A DNA stretch of 64,000 nt from an uncultured Dehalococcoidales bacterium (GTDB lineage Bacteria > Chloroflexota > Dehalococcoidia > Dehalococcoidales > BS750m-G39): NCBI GenBank assembly GCA_964408935.1, contig CAYPBF010000001.1, forward strand, positions 100,283 through 164,282. The letters are read 5' to 3'. A program made the translations under genes and the position numbers. Below, piece after piece: positions 40,225-49,254 of this stretch (its first letter is position 1; each line of letters opens with the position of its first letter). The notes below the pieces were generated by a model. That model did not search any database, was not told where the DNA came from, and was given only the letters and a program-made list of their open reading frames with translations.

Positions 40225-40866
40225 ATGTTTGACCTTAAGAAGATAGCCGAGAGTGTGATTGCCATGGACGTTGGCAAGACTGAGGAACTGACTAAGGCTG
40301 CCATAAAGGCCAAGATACCCGCTGAGGAAATATTGAAAAAAGGGCTCATTGCTGGCATGGAGGTGGTGGGTAGACAGTTTCGGGATGGCGAACTCTTCAT
40401 GCCAGAGGTACTAATGTCCGGGGAAGCCATGAAAGCAGCTATGAAATCGCTTAAACCGTTACTGACCAAGGAGGGTACTGTTAAAAGCTTTGTTGGCAAG
40501 GCGGCGATAGGCACTGTTGAGGGTGACATTCATGACATCGGCAAGAACCTTGTCATTATGATGCTTGAGGGGAATGGGTGGGAAGTCATTGATCTTGGCA
40601 TAGACATCTCTCCCGAAGAATTCTGTCAGGCAGTGAGGGAGAACGACTTTCAGGTTCTGGGCCTATCGGCTCTGCTCACGTCAACGATGGATAGCCAGGT
40701 AAAAACCATAGAAGCATTAGAAGCCGCTGGATTAAGAGACAAGGTCAAGATAGCCATTGGCGGCGCCCCTGTAAACCAGGCCTTCGCTGACCAGATTGGC
40801 GCTGATGCTTATGCCGCCAATGCCGGAGAGGCAGCCGCCAAGTTCAATAAACTGATAGGCAAGTGA
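40225..40866 (+). CDS. corrinoid (cobalamin-binding) methyl-carrier protein, MtaC/MtbC type
   Basis: 213 aa from an ATG behind GAGGGAGGGA. It has an N-terminal B12-binding_2 cap helix bundle and the GDIHDIGKN (DxHxxG) motif, plus SALLT and GGAP motifs. Confidence 0.85.
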   Translation: MFDLKKIAESVIAMDVGKTEELTKAAIKAKIPAEEILKKGLIAGMEVVGRQFRDGELFMPEVLMSGEAMKAAMKSLKPLLTKEGTVKSFVGKAAIGTVEGDIHDIGKNLVIMMLEGNGWEVIDLGIDISPEEFCQAVRENDFQVLGLSALLTSTMDSQVKTIEALEAAGLRDKVKIAIGGAPVNQAFADQIGADAYAANAGEAAAKFNKLIGK

Positions 40867-40917
40867 TATGGTTAGCTAATAAGTACGAGAAAGCTATCGT
40901 TACTTTGGAGGCAGAAA

Positions 40918-41958
40918 ATGAGCGAAATGACTGGTACCGAGCGTATGTTGAAGGCGATGAGACTTCAGGAGCCAGATAGGGTTCCCCATTTCGAGCTCTA
41001 TCTTGACCCTTCGGTGGGGCAGGCGATACTCCCGGGAAGTTCATTCTTTGACTGGGTTGAATACTTCGATTGGGATGGAATGCTGGCATGGATTGGTGAG
41101 TTGTCCAAGCCTGTGGACGAGTCAGGGAAACGTTTGCTGTCGGAATGGGGCTACATTGAGAGGGCGGCAGGAACGCAGCGCCCCCTTCCCACTGATCCGC
41201 CAGTGAAGTCGGAGAAAGACCTTAAGACCTGGAAACCACCCGACCCGGACAATCCGAATAGATACGGGGCTGTAAAGGAGGAGGTAAGAAGGTATAAGGG
41301 ACAGAGAGCCATTATTGGCATTAGCCTCGACCCTTTCGAGATGGCTAGCTATGTGCGTGGCACCGCCGACTTTTACATGGACCTCGTTCGTAATCCGGAT
41401 TTCGCAGACCGCTTGACCGGCATAATCCGCGACCACTACATCAAAGAGATGAGGAATGCCGTTGAGCTTGGGGCGGACATATGGTATTTCGGTGCACTCT
41501 ATGTCGCCAAGGAAGGGCCCTTGATTTCCCGGGAACTCATTGCCAAGCATGTCATGCCTTTTTTGAAATCCCTGGTTGATGAAGCCCATCGCTTGGGTGT
41601 CCCTGTTATATACCACCTTGACGGAAACATCCTGCCGATAATTGACCTTATTCTAGATACTGGCATTAATGCTTTGCACCCGATTGACCGGTTAGCTGGG
41701 CTGGACCTTGGTGAGATGAAAAAGAACTATGGAGACCGTGTCTGCCTAATGGGAAACATAGATTGCGGTTCAACCCTTGTACATGGCACGGTGGACGAGG
41801 TGCGAGACGAGGTAAAGAGATGCATCCGGCAGGCAGCAGTAGGTGGAGGCTATATTTGTAAGTCCAGCAACACCATTCAGTACGGAACCAAGCCGGAAAA
41901 CTATGAAGCCATGGTCAAAGCTATCCACGAGTATGGCAAATACCCAATATCGCTCTAG
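40918..41958 (+). CDS. URO-D-fold methylcobamide methyltransferase (MtaA/CmuA-like)
   Basis: 346 aa with ERMLKAMRLQEPDRVP at the N-terminus. It has YHLDGN where MtaA has the H-x-C zinc ligand region. Confidence 0.75.
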   Translation: MSEMTGTERMLKAMRLQEPDRVPHFELYLDPSVGQAILPGSSFFDWVEYFDWDGMLAWIGELSKPVDESGKRLLSEWGYIERAAGTQRPLPTDPPVKSEKDLKTWKPPDPDNPNRYGAVKEEVRRYKGQRAIIGISLDPFEMASYVRGTADFYMDLVRNPDFADRLTGIIRDHYIKEMRNAVELGADIWYFGALYVAKEGPLISRELIAKHVMPFLKSLVDEAHRLGVPVIYHLDGNILPIIDLILDTGINALHPIDRLAGLDLGEMKKNYGDRVCLMGNIDCGSTLVHGTVDEVRDEVKRCIRQAAVGGGYICKSSNTIQYGTKPENYEAMVKAIHEYGKYPISL

Positions 41959-42019
41959 ACGCTAGACAGCAGCAGGTACGATGCGAATCATAATCGATCT
42001 TTTACAAGGAGGTTATTAG

Positions 42020-42847
42020 ATGGCGGGAAAGCACGGGAGCGCTGAGAATCACCAATTAACGGTGGCACTTACATTTGATTTTGATGCCGAATCTGTCTTT
42101 ACCGGTATGTTTGGTGCTGGTGGGTTGGAATCGCGAGGAGTATACGGTGCACGGGAGGGTATGCCAAGGATTCTAAAGTTGCTAAGTAAGTACGAATTAC
42201 CGGTAACATTTTTCGTCCCGGGCTATACTGCCGACCACTACCCGGATATTGTACGTTCTATTGCGGCCGATGGACATGAAATAGCCCATCACACTTATTC
42301 ACATACGCCGGCACCAGCTCTGAAGCCTGAGGAAGAAAAGGCTGAGATAGTGAGAGGACTAGAAGCTTTGGAACGGGTAGTAGGCATAAAGCCACGCGGT
42401 TACCGCGCAGCAGCTATGGGACTTTTTGACGTGACAATTGAACTCCTGCTTGAGTATGGTTTTGAATATGATGCTAGTGAGATGGGAGCCGACCGCCCTT
42501 ACTGGCTGGAATATAAAGGGAAACGCACCGATATTGTTGAATTGCCTTCATCTCCTCAACTTGCCGATACCACTCATTTCCTCTTCATGTTTCCCCCAAA
42601 CTATATGACGGGATTGGCCGCGCCGTCTAAAGTCGAGGAGATATGGCATGAGGATTTCAAAGGGGCTTATGAAGAGGGGGGTGATATCTACTTCATGCTG
42701 ATAATGCATCCTTTCGTCATAGGTCACCTCCACCGGATGAGGATGCTGGAGAGATTTATTGGCTACATGTTAGAGCACGATGGTGTCTGGTTTGCCCGGA
42801 TGGGTGAGGTGGCTGATGATTTCCGGAAACGGCAGAACTTGGGCTGA
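42020..42847 (+). CDS. polysaccharide-deacetylase (NodB/CE4) family hydrolase
   Basis: 275 aa with LTFDFD, PVTFFVPG and GHEIAHHTYSH motifs. Confidence 0.75.
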   Translation: MAGKHGSAENHQLTVALTFDFDAESVFTGMFGAGGLESRGVYGAREGMPRILKLLSKYELPVTFFVPGYTADHYPDIVRSIAADGHEIAHHTYSHTPAPALKPEEEKAEIVRGLEALERVVGIKPRGYRAAAMGLFDVTIELLLEYGFEYDASEMGADRPYWLEYKGKRTDIVELPSSPQLADTTHFLFMFPPNYMTGLAAPSKVEEIWHEDFKGAYEEGGDIYFMLIMHPFVIGHLHRMRMLERFIGYMLEHDGVWFARMGEVADDFRKRQNLG

Positions 42848-42912
42848 TTTCCTAGACGTAGGATTGTTAGGGTATAAAAAATTACAGGAAACTGCTATAG
42901 CAATCTAAGGCC

Positions 42913-43677
42913 ATGAGCATACTTTCAACTTCAGGATTGAGTAAGCATTTTGCTGGCATTCATGCTCTCGATAAATTAGATATTACTATCGAAGAAGGTC
43001 AGATCCATGGTCTTATTGGCCCGAATGGTTCTGGAAAAACGACGTTCTTTAATGTAGTTACCGGCGTGCTGCCGGCTACAGAGGGAAAGATTTACTTCGA
43101 TTCCGCAGATATCACTAACTTTAGTCCTCAAGTTATCACCAAGATGGGTATCGGACGCACTTTCCAGAGAGCAATACTTATGCCGATGATGAGCTGCTTA
43201 GAGAATGTAATGGCGGGAATGTACTGCCGCACTAAAACAAACATACTGGGGACATTCTTCCGTTTACCTTTTACTCACTCGGCACAAGAAACCGAAATGA
43301 AAAAGCGAGCGATGGAGCTTTTGCAGTTTGTCGGTCTGGCAGATTCTACTGAGCGCTGGAGCAGCGAGCTAGTTTGGATAGAGAGCCAGCTCCTGCAAAT
43401 AGCCCGCGCCCTAGCTGTCGAGCCAAAGCTCCTGTTACTTGATGAGCCCACGGCGGGGATGGGACCTGATGAAACTGAAAGAGTCGACAGATTAATCAAG
43501 CAAATACGGGACGACATGGGGATAACGGTTATTTTGGTGGCCCATGACGTTAAGCTAGTCATGGGAATCTCAGATTGGGTCACGGTTCTAAGCTTTGGTA
43601 AAAAGATCGCTGAAGGAACACCGATACAGGTGCAAAACGACCCTGCGGTTTTGGAGGCTTACCTTGGCCAAGAATAG
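42913..43677 (+). CDS. livG: ABC transporter ATP-binding protein (LivG type)
   Basis: 254 aa with GPNGSGKTT, a Q-loop and LLLDEPTAGM. Confidence 0.85.
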   Translation: MSILSTSGLSKHFAGIHALDKLDITIEEGQIHGLIGPNGSGKTTFFNVVTGVLPATEGKIYFDSADITNFSPQVITKMGIGRTFQRAILMPMMSCLENVMAGMYCRTKTNILGTFFRLPFTHSAQETEMKKRAMELLQFVGLADSTERWSSELVWIESQLLQIARALAVEPKLLLLDEPTAGMGPDETERVDRLIKQIRDDMGITVILVAHDVKLVMGISDWVTVLSFGKKIAEGTPIQVQNDPAVLEAYLGQE

Positions 43678-44398
43678 GGAAAGTATCCTCAAGGTTGAGA
43701 ACCTTTCCGTATCCTATGGGCGTATTAGTGCAATTAGGCAGGTTAGTTTGGAAGTTAATAAGGGGGAGTGCGTAGCCCTTCTTGGAGCAAACGGCGCTGG
43801 AAAATCGACTTTAATGGCAGCGGTGCTCGGCGTGAGTCGAGCTATAAGCGGTACTATTCGTTTTATAGGGCACGATATCACACATAAATCTACTGACAAC
43901 GTCGTGGCTTCTGGCATATCTGTGGTTCCCGAAGGTCGTGGTATTCTGCCATTAATGTCGGTGATGGAAAATTTACAGTTGGGGGCTTACCATCTCAAAG
44001 GTGATAGCAATGAACTCTTAAATCGAATGTTTGATCGATTCCCCATTTTATCTAAGCGGAGGGAGCAACCAGCAGGAACTCTAAGCGGTGGAGAGCAACA
44101 GATGTTGTCTATAGCCCGGGCGTTGATGGGAGCCCCTAAGCTGCTACTAATGGACGAACCATCTCTAGGACTAGCTCCAATACTGGTAAGTAAGCTCTTC
44201 GATACAGTAGTAGAGTTAAAGAACGAAGGGTATACCATAATTTTAGCTGAACAGAACGCCCGAAAGGCACTAAAGTGCGCTGATAGAGCCTACGTTCTTG
44301 AAGTCGGTCGTGTTGTGCTTGAAGGCACTGCTCAAGAGCTAACTAATAATCCGAAAGTGCGTCAGGCTTATTTAGGCGGCACTGATAAACTTTGTTGA
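43664..44398 (+). CDS. livF: ABC transporter ATP-binding protein (LivF type)
   Basis: 244 aa from a TTG behind GGAGG. The longer track ORF would overlap livG by 83 nt. Motifs are GANGAGKST, LSGGEQQML and LLMDEPS. Confidence 0.8.
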   Translation: MAKNRESILKVENLSVSYGRISAIRQVSLEVNKGECVALLGANGAGKSTLMAAVLGVSRAISGTIRFIGHDITHKSTDNVVASGISVVPEGRGILPLMSVMENLQLGAYHLKGDSNELLNRMFDRFPILSKRREQPAGTLSGGEQQMLSIARALMGAPKLLLMDEPSLGLAPILVSKLFDTVVELKNEGYTIILAEQNARKALKCADRAYVLEVGRVVLEGTAQELTNNPKVRQAYLGGTDKLC

Positions 44399-44411
44399 GA
44401 GAGAAGCTCTT

Positions 44412-45287
44412 ATGGAAGTCTTTGTTGCCCAGTTAATTAACGGTCTGGCAATGGGTAGCATTTATGCCTTGGTCGTTGTAGGTGTTAACCTAATACTTTT
44501 GGTCAGGGGGGTCGTGCATTTCTCCTACGCCCACATTATGGTGATCTCTATGTACGTATCCTGGATGGTATTAGGACAAACGAATAATAATCTAGCTTTA
44601 GCAATCTTCTCAGGTATTATCGCTGCTACTTTGCTAACCACTGCCACCGAGTTTGTTTTCCGACCTCTAGCTGTGCGAGAAGCCCTTCTGGAAACAATTA
44701 TAGTAGCCATGGGTATAGGCATAATACTTACTGAAATAATGTCTCACTTCCTCCACCGCGGCTTGCCTATTAGCTTTCCGGCGAGCATAACAGGGGGAGG
44801 AGCTGTGGTGCAACTTGGTATGATTACTTTCTCACTGGCACACGTATATTCATTGCTTGGTAGTATTGGTGTTGTGATCGGGCTTTTCTTTTTACTGTAC
44901 CGCCATAAACAGGGTAGAGCTTTTAGGGCTATAGCCCAAAACCTTGGCGTAGCACGCCTTCTGGGCATTCCTGTTAATAAGACAGGCATTTACAGCTTCG
45001 CCATAGCCGGCGTATTGGCAGGCATCATCGGTGTGTTCATGGCTATGACTCTCGGTATGGCCTCATCTTCTCTCGGTGATACTCTTGCAATCAAAGCGCT
45101 GGTACTGATGTTATTCGCTGGTATGGGTAATTTGAAGGGGGGGCTGATCTGTGCCTTACTTTTGGGTTTGGCGGAGGCATTGACGATGGCTTATCTGCCA
45201 GGACGATGGACCGAGGCTATAGTCTTTGGGGCGATAATGATAGTAATAATACTGAGGCCAAAAGGGTTATTCGGTACCCAGGCGTAA
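44412..45287 (+). CDS. livH: ABC transporter permease (LivH type)
   Basis: 291 aa and polytopic, starting QLINGLAMGSIYALV like the family. Confidence 0.85.
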   Translation: MEVFVAQLINGLAMGSIYALVVVGVNLILLVRGVVHFSYAHIMVISMYVSWMVLGQTNNNLALAIFSGIIAATLLTTATEFVFRPLAVREALLETIIVAMGIGIILTEIMSHFLHRGLPISFPASITGGGAVVQLGMITFSLAHVYSLLGSIGVVIGLFFLLYRHKQGRAFRAIAQNLGVARLLGIPVNKTGIYSFAIAGVLAGIIGVFMAMTLGMASSSLGDTLAIKALVLMLFAGMGNLKGGLICALLLGLAEALTMAYLPGRWTEAIVFGAIMIVIILRPKGLFGTQA

Positions 45288-45320
45288 CCCTTGGTAAAAC
45301 GCTAAAGGAGCTCAGCAGCG

Positions 45321-46172
45321 ATGTCGTTGTCAGCAGTATATTACCTTCAGTTTACAGCCGTTTTTATTCTACTAACCTGGGCTTTCTACATACCCTTTCG
45401 TGGTGGGCAATTATATAATGGACCTATCTATTGTATGGCTATTGGCGGCTACTTTTCTGCCTTTTTGGCTCGGGATCTGGGTTGGCCCTTCGGGCTGGCA
45501 CTTATTTGTGCAGTAGTGGTAGGGACAATCTTCGGCTTCCTACCAGCTCTCGGATTCGCTCGAACTACTGGCATAGCCACAGCTATAGCTTCTATAGCCC
45601 TGATCTTCGTAATCCAATCAATTATTACGAATGCAGAGTTCTTGGGCGGCTCGCGGGGTTTTTGGGATATTCCGAAAGTGGATTACCTGTTGCCGATAAC
45701 CTATGGAATTGTCTTGATTGTCGGCATTATTATCTACCGGCTTGACCACTCTCGCCTCGGGAGAGCTATCGAAGCAATTCGCGTCGACCCTAGTCTGGGT
45801 GCTACCATGGGTGTTAACGTGACGCGGCTTAGCATGTTTACCCTGACACTTTCGTCAGCAATAGGTTCTCTGTCTGGGGTCATTTATGCGTTCACCTTGG
45901 GTACCATCCATCCTAGTAGTTTTGGCTTTTCTCTGCTACTTTATTCGTGGACTATGCTGTTTATTGGTGGTCGTTATACTATGTGGGGGGCGTTAGTTGC
46001 CGCCCCAATTCTGTGGGGTCTACCCCAATGGGTTCCTCAAGCCATCGCTGAATACACCAACATTCTTTATGGAGCATTACTCATCATCATCCTCCTCCTT
46101 CGACCTCAGGGTATCATTGATAGACGTACAATACAACGCATAAGGGGCGTGGCTAGGATTTGGCGTAGATGA
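45321..46172 (+). CDS. livM: ABC transporter permease (LivM type)
   Basis: 283 aa and polytopic. It follows livH as in liv operons. Confidence 0.8.
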   Translation: MSLSAVYYLQFTAVFILLTWAFYIPFRGGQLYNGPIYCMAIGGYFSAFLARDLGWPFGLALICAVVVGTIFGFLPALGFARTTGIATAIASIALIFVIQSIITNAEFLGGSRGFWDIPKVDYLLPITYGIVLIVGIIIYRLDHSRLGRAIEAIRVDPSLGATMGVNVTRLSMFTLTLSSAIGSLSGVIYAFTLGTIHPSSFGFSLLLYSWTMLFIGGRYTMWGALVAAPILWGLPQWVPQAIAEYTNILYGALLIIILLLRPQGIIDRRTIQRIRGVARIWRR

Positions 46173-46403
46173 TTACTGGTTTCTGTGAGTACTAGCTGCC
46201 ACTGATGCACAATTCCGTTATCTTCACTGTGTATGGGTAGTGTACTAAAGCTTGTTATATTACTCTACGTCACAAAAGAGGCTTTTGTGCACTCGTAACC
46301 CGAAGGCTACAGGCAGGGGTATTGGCTTTAGGAGAGTTAGCAGCATATAATGCAATTCGAAAGGAGGCAAGCTGCCCACTTTGCTTGCTTTTAGCTTCCG
46401 TAG

Positions 46404-46451
46404 ATGGGGTTCAGGTGGTCGCCGGTTCAAATCCGGCCACCCCGACTTTGA
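46404..46451 (+). repeat. 48-bp direct repeat, copy 2 (attR-like partial tRNA-Pro 3' half)
   Basis: Identical to 26914-26961. The upstream sequence cannot form the acceptor or D arm, so this is not a second tRNA gene. Confidence 0.85.
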
Positions 46452-46480
46452 GAGGTAGCCATCCGTCTGCCTCGAAGGGG

Positions 46481-47236
46481 CTAGTCCTTACCCTCACCGT
46501 AGAGCCCCCAGCGCTTGAAGAGCATCTGGTAGAACTCGGGCTGGGGGAAATCGGCCTGCATGTACATACTGGCCTTGTTGTAGGCGAAATCCCCCTTTTC
46601 AACCTCTTTGATTCCATCTAGCAGCCTGATCAGCTTATCTACGGGCACGGAGAGGATAATCTCGTCCTCAGCAGCCAGCGCCCGATGGTAATCACCGGGG
46701 TCGGGCAGCGTAACCATCAAATGCCCGGTGGACATTACCGGTATAATCTGGTAGGCGCAGGCCGGAGGGAAGAAGTGATAGTCGACCAGCCCCTCCTCGC
46801 CACCGAAATGAAAGGGTAGCAGCATATTGCGCAGCTGGGCGGGGTTGGAGTAGATAATAACCACGTCGGGTGCAAAATTAGCCGTCCCCAAGGGAGCCGA
46901 GACGATGCCGATATATTTATCCCGCTCGAAGGTGGGAAAATCAACAAAAAGCTGTAGCTCGGGGTCTTTGGGCTTATCCACCAGCCCGTAGGCGATGAGG
47001 GCAGCAAAGCACCAGTTGTCTTCCTTGAGCATGGCTATCGTCTCTTTCTGGCGACGGGACATGGCAAAGGTCTGGCACTGAGCGATATGGATGCCCCTAT
47101 CTCGGTAGGGCCTTATAGAGCCCTGGGGTATATCGCCTTCGGTTTTCAGCATCTTTACGGCGATAGGAGATGTCCGTAAGAGCATCAGGCGTTCCAATTC
47201 TTCGCCACAGCGGTTAAAGTCCTTGAGCGTTGTCAT
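46481..47236 (-). CDS. DUF169 family protein
   Basis: 251 aa from an ATG behind GGAGG. The opening MTTLKDFNRCGEELERLMLLRTSPIAVKML is typical of DUF169. Confidence 0.7.
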   Translation of the reverse strand: MTTLKDFNRCGEELERLMLLRTSPIAVKMLKTEGDIPQGSIRPYRDRGIHIAQCQTFAMSRRQKETIAMLKEDNWCFAALIAYGLVDKPKDPELQLFVDFPTFERDKYIGIVSAPLGTANFAPDVVIIYSNPAQLRNMLLPFHFGGEEGLVDYHFFPPACAYQIIPVMSTGHLMVTLPDPGDYHRALAAEDEIILSVPVDKLIRLLDGIKEVEKGDFAYNKASMYMQADFPQPEFYQMLFKRWGLYGEGKD

Positions 47237-47376
47237 CACTAACCTCCGATACAAAATACCAGTTACTCTTTAACATATTCCAAGGCCATTTGCAATGGTT
47301 TTTCAGCTATCTCACCAATCTATCGTCCGTTGACCCCCAGCCCCCCAAGCCTGTATAATCGGCCCAGAGTCAACGG

Positions 47377-48774
47377 ATGCAGATTAGCTTTCTCGGCGCC
47401 GCCCAGAACGTCACCGGTTCGCAGTACCTGATTGAGACGGAGGCTACCAGGCTGCTGGTCGATTGCGGGCTTTATCAGGAAAGAGAGCTATTGGCGCGCA
47501 ACTGGAACCGCTTTTTCATGCCCCCCCAGTCGCTAGGAGCCGTTCTTTTGACCCACGCCCACCTTGACCACTGCGGTATTTTGCCCCGCCTGGTGCAGCA
47601 GGGCTTCGACCAGCCCATTTATTGTACCGCCGCCACCGCCGAAATCACCCGCATCATGCTGCTCGACGCGGGCAAGCTGCAGGAAGAGGATGCCGCCTTC
47701 AAAAAGCGCCGCCACCAGAAAGAAGGGAGAAAGGGGCGCTACCCGGAGATACCATTGTACACACAGGAAGACGCCGAGGCCGTCTTTCCATTATTCGCCC
47801 ACGTTAGATACGGTGAGTCTATGCCCATCGGCAAAGGCGTCGAAGCCAGCTTTCACGATGCCGGCCACGTTTTAGGCTCGTCCATGGTCAGGCTAAGGAT
47901 AAAGCAGAATGGGGAACAGCGCACGATTATATTTTCGGGGGATATCGGGCGCTGGCAAAAGCCCATACTCGGAGACCCCACCCTCTTCGACGAAGCCGAC
48001 TACGTGGTGATGGAGTCCACCTATGGCGACCGACAACTGGAGCCCGTCGGTGATACGGCTAACGAGTTCGCTGAGATAATAAAGGCCACCGCCGACAAGG
48101 GGGGCAATATAATCATACCCAGCTTCGCCCTGGAACGCTCCCAGGAGATTCTCTACTACCTGAACCAGTTCCGCATCGAGGGGCGCATCCCCCGCCTCCC
48201 CGTTTTCGTCGACAGCCCCATGGCTATAAGCATCACCGAGGTCTTTAAGGACCACCCCCACCTCTTTGACGGCGATATGAAGAAGCTCCTGAGCCAAGAA
48301 AAATCGCCCTTCGACTTCCCTGAACTGAAGATGACACGGACCACCGAGCAGTCGAAAGAGCTAAACCGTCTTAGCGGCAGCAATATTATCATCGCTGGCT
48401 CGGGTATGTGCACGGGAGGGCGGATAAAGCACCACCTGGTGAACAACATCACCGGTGAGGAGAACACCATTCTCTTCGTCGGTTACCAGGCCTCGGGCAC
48501 GCTGGGTCGGAATATCGTCGATGGCGCCAAGAGCGTCAGGATTTTGGGGAAATACTACCCCGTCCGGGCGCGGATAGCCCAGGTGCATGGCTTTTCGGCC
48601 CATGCCGACCAGAACGAGCTCGTCAAGTGGCTCTCCGCTTTGAGCGCGCCGCCGAGGCGGGTTTTCATCACCCATGGTGAGCTCGACGCCTCGGAAAAGC
48701 TGGAGGAGCTAATAAGAGAGAAGGGCTGGGAAACGTTGATACCTCGCTACCGACAGCAGGTCTTACTGGACTAA
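47377..48774 (+). CDS. MBL-fold beta-CASP RNA-metabolising hydrolase
   Basis: 465 aa with THAHLDHCG (HxHxDH), beta-CASP motifs and a C-terminal HGFSAHAD / FITHGE pattern. Confidence 0.8.
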   Translation: MQISFLGAAQNVTGSQYLIETEATRLLVDCGLYQERELLARNWNRFFMPPQSLGAVLLTHAHLDHCGILPRLVQQGFDQPIYCTAATAEITRIMLLDAGKLQEEDAAFKKRRHQKEGRKGRYPEIPLYTQEDAEAVFPLFAHVRYGESMPIGKGVEASFHDAGHVLGSSMVRLRIKQNGEQRTIIFSGDIGRWQKPILGDPTLFDEADYVVMESTYGDRQLEPVGDTANEFAEIIKATADKGGNIIIPSFALERSQEILYYLNQFRIEGRIPRLPVFVDSPMAISITEVFKDHPHLFDGDMKKLLSQEKSPFDFPELKMTRTTEQSKELNRLSGSNIIIAGSGMCTGGRIKHHLVNNITGEENTILFVGYQASGTLGRNIVDGAKSVRILGKYYPVRARIAQVHGFSAHADQNELVKWLSALSAPPRRVFITHGELDASEKLEELIREKGWETLIPRYRQQVLLD

Positions 48775-48784
48775 GGAGGCTCAC

Positions 48785-49207
48785 ATGAACAAAGAGCAGT
48801 ACCTGGAGTACATCGACCACTTCAATAACAAGCGCTATGATGACGTCACCAGCTACTTTTCACCCGACGTCAGCGTGGAGTACTTCACCACACCGGGGGA
48901 TTATAAGACGGCCCGCACCCTGCACGGGCGCCAGGAGTTCATTGATTCGTATAAGGCCTTGCACGAGTACGTGAGAGAGGCGCTGGAGCTGGGCGATTTT
49001 CTAGTGACCGAGACGCGGCTCTTCGCTGAGCTTTACACCGAGTTCCACTGCTTCAAGGACTATCCTGGCTTCATGGGCGGGGGGCTAAAGAAGGGTGATG
49101 TCTCCGTGATGACTAACTGGGTACTCTACGACCTGGAAAACGATAAGATGAAGCGCATCCGCATCGCCCATTTTAGAATGCACGACCCTAAATCGGCGCG
49201 GCTCTAG
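48785..49207 (+). CDS. hypothetical NTF2/SnoaL-like fold protein
   Basis: 140 aa. The size and alternating pattern suggest an NTF2-like cone, and I recognise no catalytic motif. Confidence 0.4.
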   Translation: MNKEQYLEYIDHFNNKRYDDVTSYFSPDVSVEYFTTPGDYKTARTLHGRQEFIDSYKALHEYVREALELGDFLVTETRLFAELYTEFHCFKDYPGFMGGGLKKGDVSVMTNWVLYDLENDKMKRIRIAHFRMHDPKSARL

Positions 49208-49254
49208 CCCAGGGGAAAAGGGGGCTGGTTGAGGTCTTCGGTAACCCTGAGCTA

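Larger units (their letters stand above)
26914..46451. mobile_element. tRNA-Pro-associated genomic island (~19.5 kb), no integrase retained
   Basis: It is bounded by the perfect 48-bp repeat of the tRNA 3' half. Spot GC counts inside are ~45-52%, against ~55-65% outside. It contains a self-contained transport, regulation and catabolism gene set. Confidence 0.6.

Noticed and set aside
26962-46403. Search for an integrase, excisionase or transposase inside the island
   Set aside because: No ORF on either strand shows integrase or transposase-like motifs. Track ORF 27193-27399 has no RBS or recognisable motif and looks spurious. The island is therefore called on repeats and composition only.
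46404-46451. Possible second tRNA-Pro gene
   Set aside because: Only the anticodon loop to the 3' end is present. The upstream sequence (GCTTTTAGCTTCCGTAG) cannot form the acceptor or D arms. I interpret it as an att-type partial duplicate.
47327-47376. 8-bp inverted repeat CCGTTGAC...GTCAACGG spanning the promoter of the beta-CASP gene
   Set aside because: It could be an operator or a 5' stem, but 8 bp separated by 34 nt is within chance expectation. Nothing else supports it.
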